NCBI GenBank assembly: GCA_045837725.1
Contig: JBEWZL010000198.1
Coordinates: 173,379-193,378 of the forward strand
Source: Vermamoeba vermiformis
Taxonomy: Eukaryota
DNA length: 20,000 nt
Direction: 5' to 3'
Every line of letters starts with the position of its first letter. The stretch's first letter is position 1. This document shows positions 9,774 to 17,121 of this stretch, in pieces. The notes under the pieces are model-generated. The model did not search any database, had not been told where the DNA came from, and was given only the letters and a program-made list of their open reading frames with translations. The translations under genes were made by a program, and so were the position numbers.

Positions 9774-12700
9774 ATGCGGCTTTTGATTCTCTTCGTGCTA
9801 TATTGCAGCTCATTAGTTGCCACGAACAATATAATTACAAAGCAAACCCAATTGTCTGCAAAACGTGACGGACTTGGTGGAATCCAAGTTGCAGATCAAT
9901 TCTATTTTGCTGGTGGCTTCGAGCTCAACGATTATATTCCCACAAATATTGTCGAAATATACAATATAACATCCGGAGAATGGGAAGAGCCGATTTACTT
10001 GGAAGAGCCTCGTGGATTCATCTCAACAGCTGTCATCGGTCAAAATATTTATTTTATTGGCGGAACTCGGGTGCTCTACTGCACTGCACTATATAATTCT
10101 TCTTCGCATCAATATGAAGATATTGGATGTGGACCAACAGTTCGGAAAATACCCGTCCAGATCACGAACCAAAATGCAACAGTTACCATACTAGGAAGTT
10201 TCTCGGTGGATTTTTATAACATTACGTCCAAACAGTGGTACTACTTCCCGAAGCTGACATCATGGATGCAAAATATTAGTAGCGGTTTCTCACTCATTCA
10301 TGAAAACCTCATCATTGGAGTTGGAGGTTTCAACGCAACGACGCTCGACTTGATCAATGACGCGTGGATCTACGACACTTATACAGATGAACTGACAGTA
10401 TTCAGTAACGCCATTACCACACTCAACACAGTAAACAAGAGTTTCAAATTCACCGTGGCCAACGGCAGAGTAGGCATATACACCACTGACGATAGGTTCA
10501 TTTCACATCAATTCGGCACGACGGAATGGCGCGAAGTTTTCGTGAACAATATTTTGCAAGCAGCGATCCTCCCCGACGTTCTATTCTTGGTCAATGACAC
10601 AAGCTATGCAGTCTATGACTGGAACACTGAAGCCTTGACATTCACGCTTGACCGAATCTACAACATTTATCAGTTTGGAAGTCAACTTGTTCTCCATCGC
10701 TTAACCTCGCTTCGTATCTATGAAGCTGGCCAATGGACAGAATTGCAACTCGCTTCATCAATGTATACTTCCGCTCGATGGCTCAACAGAATAGTCTTTC
10801 GAGGTGCAGGCAATCAGTTGCCATTCTATGATTCACTCACGAAGAGCATATGGACGTCCTCATCAACAGCGCCATTCAATATTGTGTCGTTTCTTCCATT
10901 TGACGACGATAGATTAGTCATATTCATGAGCGGCCAATTGGCGACCATCTATTACGCAAGCAATGACAGCCTATCAGCAGTTTTCGCCGCTAATATGACA
11001 AGTGGCGTCGTCGTTGGCACCGATATTATCAGCTTAGACTCTCAGACTGTGTTGATCAACTTGACTCAGGTGATGCCGTTGACCAGAATGACGACGTCAG
11101 CATCGTCTGATTACACAGTCTTGCGTGGCTACCTGAGCGACTATAATTACATCGATGTCTACAATTATGTGACGCGGTCGTGGCAGCCACAGATATTTAT
11201 GAACCTAACGCAACAAATTGGTGTCAACTATCCAAATATAGTTGTAATCGACGATTTGTTAATCGTAATGAAGAGATTCGGTTATTTTCGCTATAATACC
11301 ACCACCGGAGAGATAGTGACGTTAAACACGGCAGTCGGGGCACCCTTCTTCCGCACACTTAACAGAGTTCCCATCGTTGATCGGATTGGCTATCTTCCTG
11401 GCAGTGCGCCTTCAGCAATGATTTCTTTCAACTCCACATCTCTCACATTCGTTGACACCCTATCCTTACCAGAGAGAACCAACCAATTCACTACTAGTCC
11501 CGAGAACGTAATCTACATGTCGGCTAATTCTCAAGGCGTGTTCTCCAAGATTTTCATTTACAATATCTCAAGCGGAATGTTGGACACGGCGGTATTGCCA
11601 TCACCACCGTCAAGTGCATTCGTGGCAACTGTCAACAATGTCACGCTGGCATTCGGCACTGGCGGAGATATCTTTGGATTTTATCATAGTGACCCTTCAA
11701 AGTGGTACACGACACCGTTTAACTACAGCATATCACCTACTATCATCGAGATTGTGGCTGATGGAACGCTAATGCTGGCCAGCGGAAGACATTATCAGCT
11801 TGGATTTTACAACGACCAGATTCTTTTCGTCAACGCGTCAGCTATCATTGCGCTAGCCTCCGTGGTGTCTGAACCGGTAACTGGAACAGAACCTACTTAC
11901 AATGTCCCGCTAGACAGTCCCAGTGGCTTGGCGACTGGAGACCTTGTTGCTGCCATCGTTGTCCCGGTTGTGGTTGTCATTGGAGGCGTCATAGCGCTCG
12001 TCATTGTGTTGGTAAAGCGAAGGCGCAACAACAAGAAGAAAGGCTCATCAAACACCGTTGGTCTCGAGGCACGGTTCGGAGCATGGTTCACTCCGTTTGA
12101 TCAGATCACTTTCGGAGAGCAGCTCGGTCAAGGAGCATCAGGTCAAGTGTTCAAAGGCACTTGGAAGAACACAACAGTTGCACTCAAAGTGAGCATGACT
12201 CAAGCAAACACGAGTGTCATCGCTGAACTCGAACTCATGATGCAACTCAGACCTCATCCAAATGTCGTTCAGTTGCTTGGCTTTAGCGTGCATCCAGAGA
12301 CAGACAGCATAATCTTGATCATTGAGTTCTGTGAAGGCGGTTCTCTCGATGCCAAGTTGTACGATGAGACACACGAGATATCATTCAAGGATCAAGTTCA
12401 ATGGCTTGTTGGTGTTGCAAAAGGACTCAGTCACTTGCATTCGAACAACATCGTGCATCGTGATATCGCAGCGAGAAATGTTCTGATCGACAGAAACGAA
12501 CCAAAACTGACTGACTTCGGAATGTCGCGACTCGTTGACGAACAGAAACAACACGGAACAACAAAGTCAGAACTTGGACCAATCAGATGGATGTCGCCAG
12601 AGTCGTTGAAGAACAAAGAGTACTCCACAAAGTCAGGTAAAGCGTGCTCTTATTGTGTTACCTGTTCACAAGTCAATAACCTCTTCGTTCAGACGTGTGG

Positions 12701-12937
12701 TCATTTGGTATTCTCATGTTCGAAGTTATTGCACGACAAGAGCCTCACAGCGAAGCAGATCCAATCGAGATTGGACGACTGATCAGAGACTCAGGTTTGA
12801 CACCTGTCATTCCATCGTCGTGTCATCCTCAACTCGCTGATGTTATGAAGCAATGCTGGCAGATGTCGCCACAATCAAGACCAACTATAGAGGCCATTAT
12901 TCCAGAATTGGAGGCAGTACGAATATCGCTTCATTAG
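9774..12937 (+). CDS. Kelch-ectodomain receptor tyrosine kinase, copy 3, ~1035 aa. Exons 9774-12636, 12693-12937
   Basis: Same architecture as copy 2 with HRDIAARN; the 56-nt GT-AG intron 12637-12692 restores KSD-VWSFG and the frame to TAG at 12935-12937. Confidence 0.93.
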
Positions 12938-13380
12938 ATTATGACAAAGCATCCGGAAAATTAAATTAAAGTTACCTTCTTCGGTAATTAACTCAAGTAT
13001 TCATGATGATTTAGATTTTCCCCGATGCTACTAAAAGATATAGTCTGCTATGACTTTTTGCCAGATACCCCAAGTATCTAATGATTACGCGCGTGTGAAT
13101 TCAGAAAGCGTATTCACGTACAAATTTTGACGTTTTTTATCTTTATGGCATTAACGCATATTAGACACTATACCAGTTAGGTATAACGCTAATCAATCAA
13201 TAGGTCTCGTGTCTAGTGCAAGGTACCTATTCTAATCATGATTAGATCTTCCCTGAATGAGCATGATTAAATGCTGTTCCGTTTATTTTATTACTGCATT
13301 TACACATTTAAACTGGTTACAGCATTTATTTTTCTGTCGGCTAAATATTTTTTCAATTAGGACGCGAATCAAAGATCCGG
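12938..13380 (+). repeat. Repeated intergenic spacer, copy C
   Basis: Same conserved blocks as 5742-6168 and 9350-9773; no resemblance seen to the spacer at 16609-17121. Confidence 0.9.
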
Positions 13381-16300
13381 ATGCGGCTTTTGATTCTCTT
13401 CGTGCTATATTGCAGCTCATTAGTTGCCACGAACAATATAATTACAAAGCAAACCCAATTGTCTGCAAAACGTGACGGAGTTGGCGGCATCCAAGTTGCA
13501 GATCAATTTTATTTTGCTGGTGGCTTCGAACTCCATGACTATATTCCCACAAATATTGTCGAGATATACAATACAACATCGGGAGAATGGGAAGTGCCGA
13601 TTTACTTGCAAGAGCCTCGTGGATTCATCTCCACAGCTGTCATTGGCCAAAATATTTATTTTATTGGCGGAACTCGGGTGCTCTACTGCACTGCACTATA
13701 TAATTCTTCTTCGCATCAATATGAAGATATTGGATGTGGACCAACAGTTCGGAAAATACCCGGCCAGATCACGAACCAAAATGCAACAGTTACCATACTA
13801 GGAAGTTTCTCGGTGGATTTTTATAACATTACGTCCAAACAGTGGTACAACTTCCCGAAGCTGACATCATGGATGCAAAATATTGGTAGCGGTTTCTCAC
13901 TCATTCATGAAAACCTCATCATTGGAGTTGGAGGTTTCAACGCAACGACGCAGGACCTGATCAATGACGCGTGGATTTACGACACTTCTAAAGATGAACT
14001 GACAGTATTCAGCAACGCCATTACCACACTCAACACATTAAACAAGAATTTCAGATTCACCGTGGCCAACGGCAGAGTCGGCATTTTCACCACGGACAGG
14101 TAAACGACAAGTCTACCATGAGCTGCAGCGAAGCTAAAAGACGGACAGGTTCATTTCTCATCAGTTCGGCACGACGGAATGGCGCGAAGTTTTCGTGAAC
14201 AATATTTTGCAAGCAGCGATCCTCCCCGACGTTCTATTCTTGATCAACGACACAAGTTATGCGGTCTATGACTGGAACACTGAAGCCTTGATATTCACGC
14301 TTGACCGAATCTACAACATTTATCCGTTTGGAAGTCAACTTGTTCTCGATCGAAAAACGGCTCTTCGTATCTATGAAGCTGGCCAATGGACAGAATTGCA
14401 ACTCGCTTCATCAATATATACGAACGTTCGTTGGCTCAACAGATTAGTCTTTCAAGGTGCAGGCAATCAGTTGCAATTTTACGATTCACTCACGAAGAGC
14501 ATAAGCACGTCATCAACAACGCCAGTCAATGTTGTATCGTTTCTTCCATTTGACGACGATAGATTAGTCATATTCATGCCCGGCCAATTGGCGACCATCT
14601 ATTACGCTAGCAATGACAGTCTATCAGCAGTTTTCGCCGCTAATATGACAAGTGGCATCGTCGTTGGCACGGATATCCTCGGTTTAGACACTCAGACTGT
14701 GTTGATCAACTTGAATCAAGTGATGCCGTTGACCAGAATGACGACGTCAGCATCGTCTGATTACACAGTCTTGCGTGGCTACCTGAGCGACTATAATTAC
14801 ATCGATGTCTACAATTATGTGACGCGGTCGTGGCAGCCACAGATATTTATGAACCTAACGCAACAGCTTGGTGTCAACTATCCAAATACAGTTGTAATTG
14901 ACGATTTGTTGATCGTAACGAAGAGATACGGTTATTTTCGCTATAATACCACCACCGGAGAGATATTTGCGAATTTAAACACGGCAGTCGCATCACCCCT
15001 GTTCCGCACACTTACCAGAGTTCCCGTCATTGATCGGATTGGCTATCTTCCTGGCACTGCAGTTTCATCAATGACTTATTTCAACTCCACATCTCTCACA
15101 TTCGTTGACACCCTATTCTTACCAGATAGAATCAACCAATTCACTACTAGTCCCGAGAACGTAATCTACATGTCGGCTACTTCTCAAACCCTGTTCTTCA
15201 AGATTTTCATTTACAATATCTCAAGCGGAATGTTGGACACGGCAGTATTGCCATCACCACCGTCAAGTGCATTCGTGGCAACTGTCAACAATGTCACACT
15301 GGCGTTCGGCACCGGCGGAGATATCTTTGGATTTTATCATAGCGACCCTTCAAAATGGTTCACGACCCCGTTCAACTACAGCATATCACCTACTATCATC
15401 GAGATTGTGGCTGATGGAACGCTAATGCTGGCCAGCGGAAGACACTATCAGCTTGGATTTTACAACGACCAGATTCTTTTCGTCAACGCGTCAGCTATCA
15501 TTGGGCTAGGCTTCGTGGTGTCTGAGCCAGTACCTGGAACAGAACCTACTGTTTACAATGTCCCGCTAGACAGTCCCAGAGGTCCAAGTGGTTTGGTGAC
15601 TGGAGACCTTGTTGCTGCCATCGTTGTCCCGGTTGTAGTTGTCATCGGAGGTGTCATAGCACTCGTTATTGTGCTGGTCAAGCGAAGACAAAACAACAAG
15701 GAGAAAGGCTCGTCAAACACTGTTGGTCTCGAGGCACGGTTCGGAGCATGGTTCACTCCGTTCAATCAGATCACTTTCGGAGAGCAGCTGGGTCAAGGAG
15801 CATCAGGTCAAGTGTTCAAAGGCACTTGGAAGAACACAACAGTTGCACTCAAAGTGAGCATGACTCAAGCAAACACGAGTGTCATCGCTGAACTCGAACT
15901 CATGATGCAACTCAGACCTCATCCAAATGTCGTTCAATTGCTTGGCTTCAGTGTGCATCCAGAGACAGACAGCATCATCTTGATCATTGAGTTCTGTGAA
16001 GGTGGTTCACTTGATGCCAAGCTCTATGACAAGCACGATGACATATCACTTCAAACACAAGTTCAATGGCTCGCAGGCATTGCCAAAGGACTCAGTCACT
16101 TGCATTCGAACAACATCGTGCATCGTGATATCGCAGCGAGAAATGTTTTGCTTGACAGAAACGAACCAAAACTGACTGACTTTGGCATGTCACGACTCGT
16201 TGACGAACAGAAACAACACGGAACGACAAAGTCAGAACTCGGACCGATCAGATGGATGTCACCAGAGTCGTTGAAGAACAAAGAGTACTCCACAAAGTCT

Positions 16301-16608
16301 GGTAAGTTCAAGACAGTGACACCGTCAATGACTTGCCTTTGACGCGTGTCATTCTAACGCACTCGTACACAGACATTTGGTCATTCGGTATTCTCATGTT
16401 CGAGGTCATTGCACGACAAGAGCCTCACAGCGAAGCAGATCCCATCGAGATTGGGCGATTGATCAGAGACTCAGGTTTGACACCTGTCATTCCATCGTCG
16501 TGTCATCCTCAACTCGCTGATGTCATGAAACAATGCTGGCAGATGTCACCGCAATCAAGACCAAAGATAGAAGCGATAATTGAGTCTTTGGAATCACTTA
16601 CAATCTGA
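13381..16608 (+). CDS. Kelch-ectodomain receptor tyrosine kinase, copy 4, ~1035 aa if the 49-nt insertion is spliced. Exons 13381-14099, 14149-16301, 16373-16608
   Basis: Removing GT..AG 14100-14148 gives FTTDR|FISHQ, collinear with copy 2 (YTVDRFISHQ). Kinase intron 16302-16372 (71 nt, GTAAGT..CTAAC..CAG). All kinase motifs intact; distinct C-terminus IESLESLTI. Confidence 0.85.
14100..14148 (+). other. Copy-4-specific 49-nt putative spliceosomal intron (phase 2) with a 10-bp direct repeat ACGGACAGGT at its junctions
   Basis: ACGGACAGGT at 14092-14101 and again at 14141-14150; CAG|GTAAAC donor and CAG|G acceptor; absent from the other four paralogues; precise removal restores the frame. Confidence 0.8.
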
Positions 16609-16966
16609 AACTATAAAAGCAGCTTTATTGTCTGAAGCTAGATCAGAGAATTGGGATGCTAACGTAAAGAATGCCAACGAGCCTCGTATCGCGTTCAAGA
16701 CGGGCTTTGCTTTGAATTAATTTGATTTGGACTTCAATTTCGTCAAGGCCAACAGGTGAATGTAACCTGCAGTCGCACATGTAACCAGTGCACAAATCAA
16801 ATTAAACGACTCACAATGAATGAACGTAGATTTCCAATTGTGACGATTAATACGTCATTTTCGCATCGGCAGTAGTTAGAAGCAGCAAGGCTAATTAATT
16901 TAATTAAATTAAATTAAAAAAGCCAAAAAATTAGCGGCAATAATTTAAGCCCAACGATCTTCTTCT

Positions 16967-17112
16967 GTAAGTAATATCGGATTTAATCCTTATCTGAAAA
17001 TTGGCGCAGATCGAATCCACATCTGCCATTTTTAAAGCAACGCAAGTTATTCTTATTATTTTCCCCTTTTTTGCATTGGTTTTCTAATCTAATGATTTAT
17101 TATATTGCTTAG
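16967..17112 (+). other. Candidate 5'UTR intron of RTK copy 5 (146 nt)
   Basis: GTAAGT donor, CTAAT branch-like motifs at ~17085-17093, TTAG acceptor 9 nt before the ATG. Confidence 0.5.
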
Positions 17113-17121
17113 GCCTGATTA

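Noticed and set aside
12637-12782. Read-through C-termini such as GKACSYCVTCSQV.. in the ORF track (Cys-rich, zinc-finger-like)
   Set aside because: Translation of intron sequence; splicing restores the conserved DVWSFG subdomain IX.
13257-13475. 72-aa ORF overlapping the start of copy 4
   Set aside because: Begins inside the AT-rich candidate 5'UTR intron, is out of frame with the RTK, and has no equivalent long ORF listed for the other two spacers.
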